A DNA stretch of 64,000 nucleotides from Diadema antillarum (taxonomy: Eukaryota): assembly GCF_040938485.1 (NCBI RefSeq), contig NW_027271115.1, forward strand, positions 1,426,001-1,490,000, written 5' to 3'. Both the position numbers and the translations under genes were made by a program. Positions 1 to 12,100 of the stretch are shown here, in pieces (the stretch's first letter is position 1; each line of letters starts with the position of its first letter). The notes under the pieces were generated by a model. That model ran no database searches, was not told where the DNA came from, and saw only the letters and a list, made by a program, of their open reading frames with translations.

Positions 1-3000
1 AACGAGACGGCCCTTCTGTTCAGTTCTGTTCTATCCTACTAGACGGAGTATAGAAGTACACCGGTTATTCTCTACGCCTCGTCTAAAGCACTGCTACCTT
101 TGGATCGTGATGTTTCCACACTTCGAATTCGGATCGTCGATGACAATGCAGCTGTGTCGATATTCAGCTATCGATTCAATGTGTGTTAGGGTCAGAGAAA
201 GGTCAAGAGAAGATGGAAGGGGGAGGGGAAAGGAGCGAAAGAGAGAGACAGAGAGGAAGGGGGACGGGAGGAGAGGGAGAGATGGGCTCCAGAAGTCATA
301 AGCAGGATGTCACATAAAACATATTTCATAATTTACTCGGCTATATGTAATCACTCTCGTCCTTGGTTTCTGATGCAGCGCGTTTGCCACTCAGATTCTT
401 TTTTTTTTCTTTTTTTTTTTGCCTGTCGAATTGATACACGCGCATCAATTTAGCTTTCCAACCGCAGAAGCTATTGACACAGCTCCGTGCGCCCAGCACC
501 TCCGCACACTGCATCGATTCCTAGTCCGTTTTTTTTTTATAGGAAGGCAATCACTCTGATGAAAGTAGTCGCAAGATTGTTGATGAGTTACCATCCCTCA
601 AGGACCGTCCGGAGACCAATAACATCCGGAAGCAGCTCACAGGCAACCAAGCAAGAATGAAACGCAGGGGTATAATCTCCGGTTAAAAGTAATTTCCTCC
701 CAGTATCTATCACAAGTTTGAATGTGGCTTTCGATCAACGTCATCATGTTAGCAGACATTGAAATGATGTATTGAGATACTATAATATCATATAAATGTA
801 TTTACAGTAGAGAGAGAGAGAGAGAGAAGTAGTGTAGGAAATGAGCTGACATTAATAGCAAGGGAAAAATAGATGGCATCGAGCATTGTAATATATTTAA
901 TATCTATTTATCACTCTGTCTATTATATCTATACCTCTTTCTCTCTGTATTTTAAATTCTTCTTATCCAAAATGGATTGTCATTAAGTGTCACCGAACTC
1001 AATTTCTTTATTTCAGAATATTAAAGATACACTAGTCGAATGACGAAGGCTGGAGCACATGTTGTCAATGTTTCGGATTAGACACAATGTCTGTAAGGCC
1101 TTTTTTGAGCGATTATAGTCTGCACATCTTGTTTTCTGCCAAATATCCCGCCAACGTTGTGTCAAAATGTTGTAGATGTACTCAAGTGTCCACAATAGGG
1201 CCATTGCTTGGACTCGCACATGTAGTTTCAAGCAAGAATCGTAAAGGCCTCCTAGAAAAGTGAAGAATCTTCTAACAAGAAACGCTTGCATCCCCCACTC
1301 CTTAAGAAATTATTTCCGATGCATCATTCTAATGCCAAATATGATCATCAATAAATCTAATTTGATGGAGACTATTATATCTACGATTCAGATACATTCT
1401 CTAAAAGTGATAACTGTATATGTGATAAGCTGAGATCGAGTCCGCGACTAGCTTGTAAGAAAGTTGTCTGTTTTCATTAGGAGTCCTTGCATGAATATGG
1501 AGTCGAATGTTTTCTTACCCTCCTCGACGGAATCCGATCTTAATAAGATGCTCGATGATGGACTTGCCCGTAGGATCTCGAGATCGAAAAGCTTGAGTCG
1601 AGCTCATATCTCCGGACTGCATCACAAAGATTCGATTTTCTTCTCAGTGATGTCCGATCAATAATTATTCTAGCTCGACGTGGAATCTGATCAAATATGT
1701 GAGGGAAAAAATGGAATGTTAACACAAAACCATGGTTCTGGAGTTGTATATCTCGATGCGAATGACGTCGGCACAAATCGGCACAAACTTTAAGAAGAAA
1801 AATGAGAAGGCGGGCATCTTAATTTTTAGGGGACGAGACCCATCCTCGGAGGTTGTTTAAATCTGCAGTAGATGTCTACGAAACGGCTACCTCGAAACTC
1901 ACCCCGGATCAGATTCAAAGAAAACAGCTACCTTGAAAGACAATTGTATTTGTTCCTCAATCAATTAAAGGAAAAAAAATCTAACAAATCTTATATATAA
2001 CAAATCGTATATATCTCGCACAATAAGTTGACAAAGAGAATGGATATTTCAATCGAATTTCCACTCAACAATGAGATATTATCTTATCTTATCTAATTAC
2101 TCATGTTGGTGTCATGTTATGGATTAAAGATAGGGTTATGGAATGGTACAAAGGTAAAAAAAAAAGTGTCGCGTCGTCTGAGGGATCCCTTAATTGGTAC
2201 AAGATATTGGTGTATTTTGGGGCATGATTGGGCATGCACAGCCTGTATGCACAACTGTAAGAGTATTGGACGAGCGAAAGTATAACATTGAATACTCACA
2301 AAAATGCATCGTATATAACAGGAGTGAGAGAGGAAGATATGAAGCTGGAGCGAATAGAGAGACGTGTCTCTACCAAATTTACTGAATCTGATGCTGCCCC
2401 TATATTTATCAAACCTTTCGTCTCCACTTAACCCCCCCCCCCTCCTCCACACATCCCGCCCCTCTTGTTCGCTCGAGCGAATCTATCACCCTTCACGTCG
2501 GTCGCATATAAATCCCCCAGCCTTTCTCGCCGCTGCGTGAAAACGTTGATTTACGAGGAGATGGCAACGTCACGGACAGGCGGGTATAAAGTTCACGGGT
2601 GATTTAAAAAGAGCTCGGCTTGGGAGCCGGGGGTCTCGAGATTCCGCACTGGGATACAGATCGTGTCGTTGAAAGCTACGGAAAATATTGGGTATAGATG
2701 CTGCGCACCGGGGCGGCTATCTTCAGCTGATATTAAAGTAGAAGAGGAATATTTGAGGGACATTGATAGCGGGAGGAAGGATGGGAGGATTGAGTCACAC
2801 TTGATTACATTTACCCGTTTACTTATGATACACTATATTTCTTTGTAGTTTAATTTTTAGAACTGCACAAACATACACTCTTCGCTATAACCTATTATCA
2901 TTTTAGCCAGTACACTTCGTTTTCACTTCAGCAAACATACGTTTATGCTTGATTCTTCTGGCCTCCCACACCCATTCAAATTTCCTAATCGTTAAACGTT

Positions 3001-3920
3001 TTTAGGGCCTATCTAGAACATGTGCTTTACTCATTAACTTATAAATACGTCTCGTAATGGTGAATGTTCTCATTGATTCGCACAAAACTTTGTGGTAATT
3101 GAAACAACAGAAAACGAAATTTAAATGCCTTTCGTTATTCTCTCTTAATCGCTCTTAAATACTTTGTAGGTCGCATGGCTGTCTCTCAGATGTCCTTTTT
3201 CATATACGATCAGAACTATGTAATTGGAAATGATGGTTAATCAGGCTTGTAGAGACTTGTGAGCACCTGCGTATTTTGACAGTCGCTAGCGCCCCAAAAC
3301 CCTGGTGGATTAGCGGGACAAGCTCCCGAAGAGCAACGCCGCCGGCGAGTTCCCTGTGCAGACAGGCTCAAAAACAGAGGCAAATAACCACAGAGGTGCG
3401 GCACAGGGAAATGACCAAAACAGTATTTTAATTGAAAACGTGTTTTCTGCCTCAATAAGATGACAGCAAGACAAGTTATTCAGGCGTGATTTTTACCCCA
3501 TCTTTGATCTAAGCACGGACAGAGGGCGCTATATTAACTGTATATAATTGTGTGTGATGGGGCAACACCGTTCGAGTTTAACGAAGCGGTCCTGTTATTG
3601 TACTGCAACCATGGCAATCATTGATTAGACTCATTACATGGATCAATTGTGAAGGTAGAGCGTTTGTACTGCGATGCTGTTGTGGTAAATATTAACTACC
3701 TCTCAAGCTTGGCCTCATCCGCCATGATTCTATCGATGGTAATAGCAGTAATAGAACTCTGACCTCTGATGCAATTTTCATTTTATTCCAAGCCATAGCG
3801 TGGAAAAGGAGTTTATCACTTTGACCCCCCCCCAAAAAAAAAGCCTATATAATTTCTGACGCTCAAAAAAAGATCTCCACTTTTCCATACCATGGTTTAT
3901 TTTGCTTTGCTTCCCTATTT

Positions 3921-4190
3921 AAGGAAGGACTTTATTTCTGCAGTTTCTGTGAGTGATACTTGATATGTTACAACAAAATACTGACATAAAATGAATTGAC
4001 AACATGACGAGACAAATGTAATAAAGTGCATAGATAACAACAAATAATTAACTCAAAATGAAAATACATAAAATGCACTTAAAATGTGCTTGCATTGTGG
4101 AAGAGCATAGATAGTTGCTATATTCAACTGCTAGAGAAATTAATGTAGATGGCCGCCATGTGAGGCATAACTTGAAGAAATGGCCGGCCT
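3921..4190 (-). mobile_element. Probable LINE 3'UTR remnant related to the element at 27127-28404
   Basis: Shares the GGCCGCCAT...TGGCCGGCC inverted motif and the actttatt(t)tctgca end with the 27 kb element. Confidence 0.5.
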
Positions 4191-4395
4191 TTTATTTTGA
4201 TAGTGACGTATGAGGGCTGTAGGAATCAATGCTCTGTGTCATAGTGACGTATAGAGAGCTGTATGAATCATAATTCATCAAGCTTAGTGATGTACGCAGC
4301 ACTAGATGAATTATTAACTCAACACAGACATTAATCATGACAAAACATTTGATCCTCTTTGAGCTGTTTGTGCTGTCACAAGAACTACATGTATC

Positions 4396-4670
4396 TACAG
4401 CTGGTCAGTTCTACAGAGGGGACCTCATCACCCTCAAGATTATCACGAATCTTGGAAGCGATCACATGTTGACATGACACACATGCTTTATCACTGCTTA
4501 TATGCAGTGGGGTAAATACCTCCAACTTTAATTTTTACAGCTGGTCAGTTCTACAGAGGGGACCTCATCACCCTCAAGATTATCACGAATCTTGGAAGCG
4601 ATCACATGTTGACATGACACCCATGCTTTATCACTGCTTATATGCAGTGGGGTAAATACCTCCAACTTTA
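4396..4670. repeat. Tandem duplication, 135-bp unit, period 140
   Basis: 4396-4530 and 4536-4670 are identical except for one base (gacacacatg versus gacacccatg). Confidence 0.95.
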
Positions 4671-5075
4671 CATTCGCATTTGCCTCCATACTCACACTTA
4701 CATTCACATGCNNNNNNNNNNNNNNNNNNNNNNNNNNNNNNNNNNNNNNNNNNNNNNNNNNNNNNNNNNNNNNNNNNNNNNNNNNNNNNNNNNNNNNNNN
4801 NNNNNNNNNNNNNNNNNNNNNNNNNNNNNNNNNNNNNNNNNNNNNNNNNNNNNNNNNNNNNNNNNNNNNNNNNNNNNNNNNNNNNNNNNNNNNNNNNNNN
4901 NNNNNNNNNNNNNNNNNNNNNNNNNNNNNNNNNNNNNNNNNNNNNNNNNNNNNNNNNNNNNNTAACCACATTTACAGTCACTCTCACATTCACATTCACA
5001 TTTACACTCACACTCACATTCACATTCACGTTCACATTCACATCCGCATTCACATTTACAATCACATTCACACTC
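4671..5075. repeat. (CACATT/CACACT)n hexamer microsatellite spanning an N gap
   Basis: cacattcacattcacatt... on both sides of gap 4712-4962. Confidence 0.85.
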
Positions 5076-8000
5076 AGGCTCACTCACACTCACAAACACC
5101 CCCCCCCCACACACACACACGGAATACACACAAATCCACACCCACGCACGAGCCCATACACTGACAAAAATTAACACACACACACACTAGCACACAACCA
5201 AACACTCTACATCATGCATGACACGCGTGAATCTGAGCCTCCCACTGCGCCTTTCATTATTCCCGACCACATTCCTCTTCCTCCCCAGCGGGGAGGTTGG
5301 CGAGAATCCTCGAGAAAACGGGTTCGCATATAACCGTTCATCACACCACTCCAGATGAAACTTGAAGTTGGCATGTAGATGGGCTTCTCTCTATACCACC
5401 CCATCTCTCACGATATCTCACGATCTCTCATCCCTAGGAACCTCATCTCTCTCCTCCACTCCTCCTCGTATTTGGTCCCGCGAGCAACGGAAGAGTATTT
5501 CCCTTTTAAACTGTCTGTGTACTTCCTTCTCTGCACCCCCCCCCCCCGTGAACAGGTTAAGTCTGCCAACGGTGTCTGGTAGCCTGGATGATGGAGAAAA
5601 GGAATGTGAGGAGGAGGAGGAGGAGAAAAGAAGAGCAGAGGGAGAAACCCAGGGAGAGATGGAAGAGGAGAGATATTGTATATACCTCTTAGATTCGATG
5701 TTGATTATTATATCTTATGATTGTAGGTCAAATCGATGATGGGGCTTCATAGTATTCCTCACGGCAGTATCCTCGTATTCTCGTACGCCTCGATTTATTG
5801 ACGAATTCATATCCTATTATCATGGCGTAAATTGAATCTTAGCCATATGCATCCACAGATTGAAATGTATAAGAATTCAATGAAATTAAGAGATTACTAA
5901 AGCAGAGGGGTGCATACGTGCTATGATTCTTTTTATCAATTATATAACTGAACTTCTACAGAGCATTATCTTCACCCCTCTGCTTTAACAATCTTTTGCT
6001 TTCATTCGATATGCTTTGTCCGCCTTTGACTATTCAACATTTATACAATGTTGGAATTTCAGAGCTCGGGTATTTGTTCCAAGTTCATCGAATCACTGCC
6101 GGTAACCAGGGATATAGCCTGGTAATACTGCGTCGCTGCCCGGAAAGTGGAAGATGGCAGGTTCGACTCTCACTGGTTCTTTTTTCCCCCACACGTTTGT
6201 TAAAAGTCTAGATCAGCAGTTGCGATCTTACAAATTCATTTGCACAGAGAGAGACACTTGACGAAAAAAACAACAACAACACATAGCACAACTCTAGCTC
6301 TATATCATCAAATTCAACTTGAGGGGGGGGGGTTCTATGTGTGAAGGGTCCACAGATGCTGTGATTTCTTTCTACTAGGTTTCTCCTGTGATTGTTTGAG
6401 ATATCGTGCGGGAAAGAGATCGATCAACCCACAACTTCGATACGTCTGACGGGAAAGGAGGAAGCAATGTTTATCTTCACAGTCATCCCCTGAATCGTAC
6501 AGAAGTTTGTTTTAAGGAAGCCGCATGCACTGTCCATCAGATGCTGAATGGTTAGAGCAATGTTGGCATCGTTGCCGTCCTGTTCCCTCCACTTTTGAAA
6601 AGTGTAGAAAATAAAAGGCGCTGAGAAGAATGGACGAAACAAGAGAAAGAGGTTGTGTGTGTGAGAGAACAGCTATATATCAAGGGAGAGTATTGAGAGA
6701 TGAAAGTGAGATAGGAGTGTTATGGGAGAGGAGGTAGACAGCTGCTCAAAATCTTCCTCGATCTTATTGTCACTAAAATCTTTCGCTTGGCAATATAATT
6801 ATCATTCAGGTTATCAGCTGTTAGCGTCACCTATAGACTTCAAAATATGACCGAGATTATATCAGTTCGGGGGAAACAAGATTTGAGTATAGAATATGTC
6901 TCTCTGTTTCATCAAGTTGCCGGGGTTTTCTTCATTAGACACTGTTAGAGTACAAATACAAAACGATCTCGATAGCGATTGTGACTTGGGGTAGACCTAT
7001 CGGGAGAGAGAAAGAGATAAAAGCTATATCATATGAATATATAGGCACAGATGGAGACAAGAGGATAGAAAGAGAAAAGGTAAGATGGAGGGAGATCTTG
7101 ATGTAAAGATCAAGAGGAAGAGGGATGGAGAGAGGATGAGACAAAATGAGATGATAATCCGATACTCCTGAACAGCGTGCCGCAGCGAGAAACCAGTGCC
7201 CAGAGCGAGCAGATGCCCACCCGTTATCTGGGGGAAAGAGATATATATTACTCGCTGAAGAAAAAAACCCGCCACATTATGGATATAAGGGTACATGGAG
7301 GATACATTTACACAATAATCAGCACCAATGTATACCACACTCTCTCTCACACACATATACACCATGATAAGCTCTCGCAATAAGGTGCCACGAAGTGAAT
7401 TGTGTTGTATCAGGTTCCATGCCAAAGTTTTGGAAGTAGCAATATATTTGTTGTTTCACTTTCTCCTGTCCACAAACGTAGTACTATATTGCTAACTTTC
7501 CACTTAGCGTCACAAGGAGACGATAAAGAAAAACAACAACAATAGCCGACAGAGAATATTAAAGAAAATTTCCAGCCAGTCGACATCATTACATTTCTTG
7601 TTCCAGACCTGAAAAGAATACTGTTGTGAAAGTCATCTTTTTTCGGAAATCAATGCATTGCAATATCAATGACGTGGGTAATACTGCAAGTCATTGACTA
7701 TGTATCCATTAGCAGATACTAAACCCATATACCAATGCATTTCCATCAAGATTGAACATCTGAATCTTCTTTCATGAGGGAAATTCACTTTTCGAAGAAT
7801 TTGTGATTATTACCACTATATATCAACCTATAAAGCAAAATGCGTCGACGCGAACAGATTTCGTTCTGTTTGAAGTAAACTGTGGCACTTGAATCATTTG
7901 CATTTGATATTTTCAGTAAGGTTACATAGATGTCTATATGTAATGTCTCCTCTGAAAAATAAAAGTTCCTGAATCAAATTATAACATTCAAGACAAACAG

Positions 8001-9116
8001 CGTTTCATTGAAAGTTTTAAAAACTGTTTTTCTTTGTTATAATACGCCTCAAAAGCGTCACATCAATTTTGTTCCTCTTCACAATAGGACCATGTTGTAT
8101 TTTTGTCTCTGACAGTTGTATTGAAACCTGCCGAAACATTGTGATAATGAAACTCTTGCTATAAGAAAAAAAGAGAAAAATTGCAAAAGTGACAAGCAAA
8201 ATCGAAATGAAGACAGACGCTGAGTGGATTGGTTTCCACCCTGATGGGTACACTATACTCCCCAAAGGAGAGCCGCCTAAAGAACTCGATTGCGATGTAC
8301 CCGCCAGTATAACCTGATTTGTCACGCGAGGTATTGTTCTGTAGCAAAGGGAGAGAAAAAAGAAGACGTAAAATATCATCCAGTGTAATCGATGGCAAGG
8401 CAATTCGTCAAACCATGTTTTGACGGCGCTTACATCGAAATCAATATAGTGTGGGATTTTTTTTTTTGTTCTTTCTTTCTGTTAGACTGTGCATAGAAGA
8501 CACGGGGATGCGGCCCTCTTAGATGTTCACACTTAATTCTTATTGATGTACACTTCTCTTGTCCATTTTGTCGCAAGATCAAGGCAGCTTATTCCTCTTT
8601 TTCTTCCTATCTGATATTTTGCACAAATGATTCGTCAGCTGCCATGAAATAGTCTGTGAAATAAACTCATGCACTGACAGGCTGATGTCTTGCAGTACCA
8701 CTGTGGAGATTTCTTTTAAAGAACAGTATGAGGGAGCATGAAATTATATATAAATGAAGAAGATTCCATGTTTTGCTACCACAAGGTGTATAATTCATTT
8801 TTAGGAGCAACAGATAACATGAAAAAAGAAATTGATTTACGTCATGGGGAACTGCAAATCATCGAAGTTAGAACTTCTCACCAAGCAAGCTTTCAGATAG
8901 ATTATCGGCTCTTTTTATCCCTCTAAAATCACTGTAAAATAAGGAGGAAGAAGAACTGTAGAAGGATACGGATGTAATTATGATTAACAGTTTCTTAAAA
9001 ACTTAGAGCACTTCTTTAAAGCACGAAATCCCCAGAAATCACTCGAACCTGATTTCCTATCGTGGGTGTCTGCTTGACTCCAACAGGACCTAATATATTC
9101 TGAATGCTGCTTTAAA

Positions 9117-9175
9117 AGAAGAAGAAAAGAAAAAGGACAAGAAGAAGAAGAAGAAGAAGAAGAGGAAGAAAGAAG
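9117..9175. repeat. (GAA)n purine-rich microsatellite
   Basis: gaagaagaagaagaagaagaagag. A similar tract lies at about 53990-54065. Confidence 0.85.
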
Positions 9176-12100
9176 GGGTGGGGAAGAAAGAAAGGAAACA
9201 ACTTTCATGGCCTGCTTTCCAAGAAGAGTAGGTCACGTATGTCATCCAGTGGTCATAAAGAGAAAAGTCACGAAGCGGACTGTAAATCCCTTCGGTAAGT
9301 AACGCTCCGTAATAGGAAAAAAAAAAGGCACAAATATGGAAATCGGAAAGATCTGAGAGAAAGTAGCGAGAATACCAAGATATCTCGGTGTAAACACCCC
9401 GGAGGGACAAAAATCTCCATTAACGCGGCGCTATGCTGTGACAGCTTTTCCATAGAGTTTCCCCGTTTGTGACTATATATGCAACACATATAGATTGAGA
9501 GCTTCGTCCTTGATGTATCATTGNNNNNNNNNNNNNNNNNNNNNNNNNNNNNNNNNNNNNNNNNNNNNNNNNNNNNNNNNNNNNNNNNNNNNNNNNNNNN
9601 NNNNNNNNNNNNNNNNNNNNNNNNNNNNNNNNNNNNNNNNNNNNNNNNNNNNNNNNNNNNNNNNNNNNNNNNNNNNNNNNNNNNNNNNNNNNNNNNNNNN
9701 NNNNNNNCTGTTGCTATGCTTGATCCAACTTCCCTTGAAACACACTCTATACAAGATAGAGGGAGAAAAACAGACACAATGATTATCATGTACAGTTAAG
9801 AGACGTACTTTTATTTGTCGTCAATGCTCTAATAGAGATCTGAATATTCTGATCTGAATAAGGAGTAAAAGTGTGTGACTCATTTATAGCATTCCTGTTT
9901 TCTCACTTAAAATATATACCTGTCTATAACATTTGCATATAAAAGGATTAACTACTTCATTTATGATATACTACTTCAAGCCATTCATGCCTGACAATTT
10001 TCATTTTGTCTATACCATGCCCTCTGTCAAGCACCCACTAAATTTCTGCTCGCGAGATCATCAAAAACATGAAGATGTTGGAGTCATAAAAAAGAGAGAC
10101 AGCTATTACTCTGCTGTTTTAGGATGAACGAAAAGAAGTGGGCTTGAATCAAATACGCTTGGAGATGTCAGCGATGGTATAAAAAAAAAACGAACACAAA
10201 ACGAATTCCTCAGAGAATCTGCATAAATGGGTCCCTTGAATCCTCATGACATTCTTTTAAAATGTTAGTCCTTATCGCCCGCAGCATATGTATTGTTTTG
10301 AGCATATATGGAAAGATTATTAAAGTATTTTCCTTTCCTGACCGATTTTCAGCAGCAAAAGAATGAAAGGAACGTTCTTTTAGAAGTCACCGACAGAATA
10401 AAGGGAATTATCTCCAAACATAGGTTGCTATCATTGTTTAGATTAATTACCAGTGATGGGATTTCATTTCCCTGATTATGCATTTAATGTTTTTTGAACT
10501 TTTCCGATAGAGAACAATGAGTTCAACAAATGCAATTCTATTTCATGTCGGACATCCTTTGCCCTCTTCCATGATTACGTTAAAGTGAAAAAAACCCCAG
10601 AAAATATAACCTTTGTTCTGCAATTTATCAACTTCTCTCTTTCATTCTTTCTGTCCCGGTCTCTGCCTTATGTCTACATATTTTGAATAAATAGTTTGAT
10701 AAGATGCAAAAAGAGAGAGGATAAATATATTGCCATCTTGTCTGTTCTCTTTGTTAATGAAAGCGACATGATTCCTAGTTTGTGCATGACTTAATGTTCA
10801 TGGAACAGAGGATGCATTCAATTCTGCAGCGTCAACGAGCAAAAATGTTTCGCAGTCTGCCATAATTTATTAGTTTACGAGATGGGCCCAACGTCTGCGA
10901 ACGCGCGTTTTATGATATAAACCCCGGCAGTGTTTTTTTTTTTCTCTCTCTCTCTTTTTTTTTAAGCTCCGCCAAAATCAATTCCGTAACGCAAGAGCGA
11001 AGCGTTCAATGGCTTCAATTTGCAACGGGGGAAGGAGCCTAAATGTCAGAATATGCTAAAAGACGATTTCATTGAAAATGCAAATTGGTTGATGAAAAAA
11101 TGTGTTCCCGATAAGCCCGCCTGAGAGCCTCTGGTTATCCGCGTCCAATGAAAAATCAAGTCCCTTGTTTCGTCTCTCGCGCGTTCATATCAGATATATA
11201 GGACGATAATATTCAAAGATTTAAAAAAATGTAGAAGGACTTCATCGCTTAAATATGATCATACCTCGCCTCAGTATAAAATATGTCTTACCATATAATA
11301 CGTCAATCAGACTAGCACTATGATTGACGTATATTTTTCTTTTGCTGTGATAATGCTTTTTTTTTACATCTTCAGAAGATTACCTCTATAGGTTAACATT
11401 ATATCTTTGAATAGCATTAATTTGTGACGATAGATAATGCTACTAAAACTGAAGAGAAATAATTTTGTATTTTATATAGAGTGGTGCCTGTTCAGAAGGA
11501 ACTGTTTATCCCCGACGGAGGTATTGTGTGTGTTTTTTTTTTCCTTAATGTCTCGAACTAAATATTCCGAATGTGTTCAGCCCCGTTATTGATGGAGGGA
11601 TCTGTTCGAAGAACATTCTATACGAGTCGGTCGAAAGCCACAAGCACGCGTCCCAAATGCCAACATCCGCAGTGCCCCGAACGTGTCTGTAAATCATTTA
11701 CCCCGCTTCAAGACACGTATAGACTACACGTATGTAGACAAGTACAGTAGGAGAGCCCTTGCGTAGGTGCGTGCGTGCATGCGTGTTCGTAAGCGTACGT
11801 GATGAGAGGTCAGAAGTGGTTAGTATAGGGACTGACACAAGGGAGATGTGTGTTCCCGCGGGAAGGTATTTTTTATATCATTATATATTACACATGCCTT
11901 GATCAGTTGGCAACCACTATGTTTATAACGAGCAATAAGTAGTTGTGTAACATGGGTGAAGGGAAGTGGGGTTAAGAGCGATTTGTAAGGGAGGGCACAG
12001 CTTTATCCTGTCATTATCATTCATATCATGGTATCATTATCATCATTATTATCATTATTAAATTTATTTTTTCCTTTTTCTTCTTTGTGAAAATGCAAGA

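Noticed and set aside
2440-2660. CpG-rich patch with TATA-like words as the FSTL promoter
   Set aside because: No linked exon or donor could be established; motif words alone are insufficient.
4201-4313. Repeat-spacer pattern as a CRISPR array
   Set aside because: Only three degenerate units, short spacers, eukaryotic intron-exon context and no cas genes.
4528-5183. Cluster of ORFs over the first gap, and similar ORFs at 9268-9799, 16661-17020, 23012-23443 and 42682-42960
   Set aside because: They are open only because N runs and microsatellites lack stop codons.
9207-9294. ATG-initiated segment ending at a strong GTAAGT donor (MACFPRRVGHV...)
   Set aside because: Basic and not signal-like, and phase 1 does not fit the phase-0 micro-exon. 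It could still be a non-coding exon, but that is unsupported.
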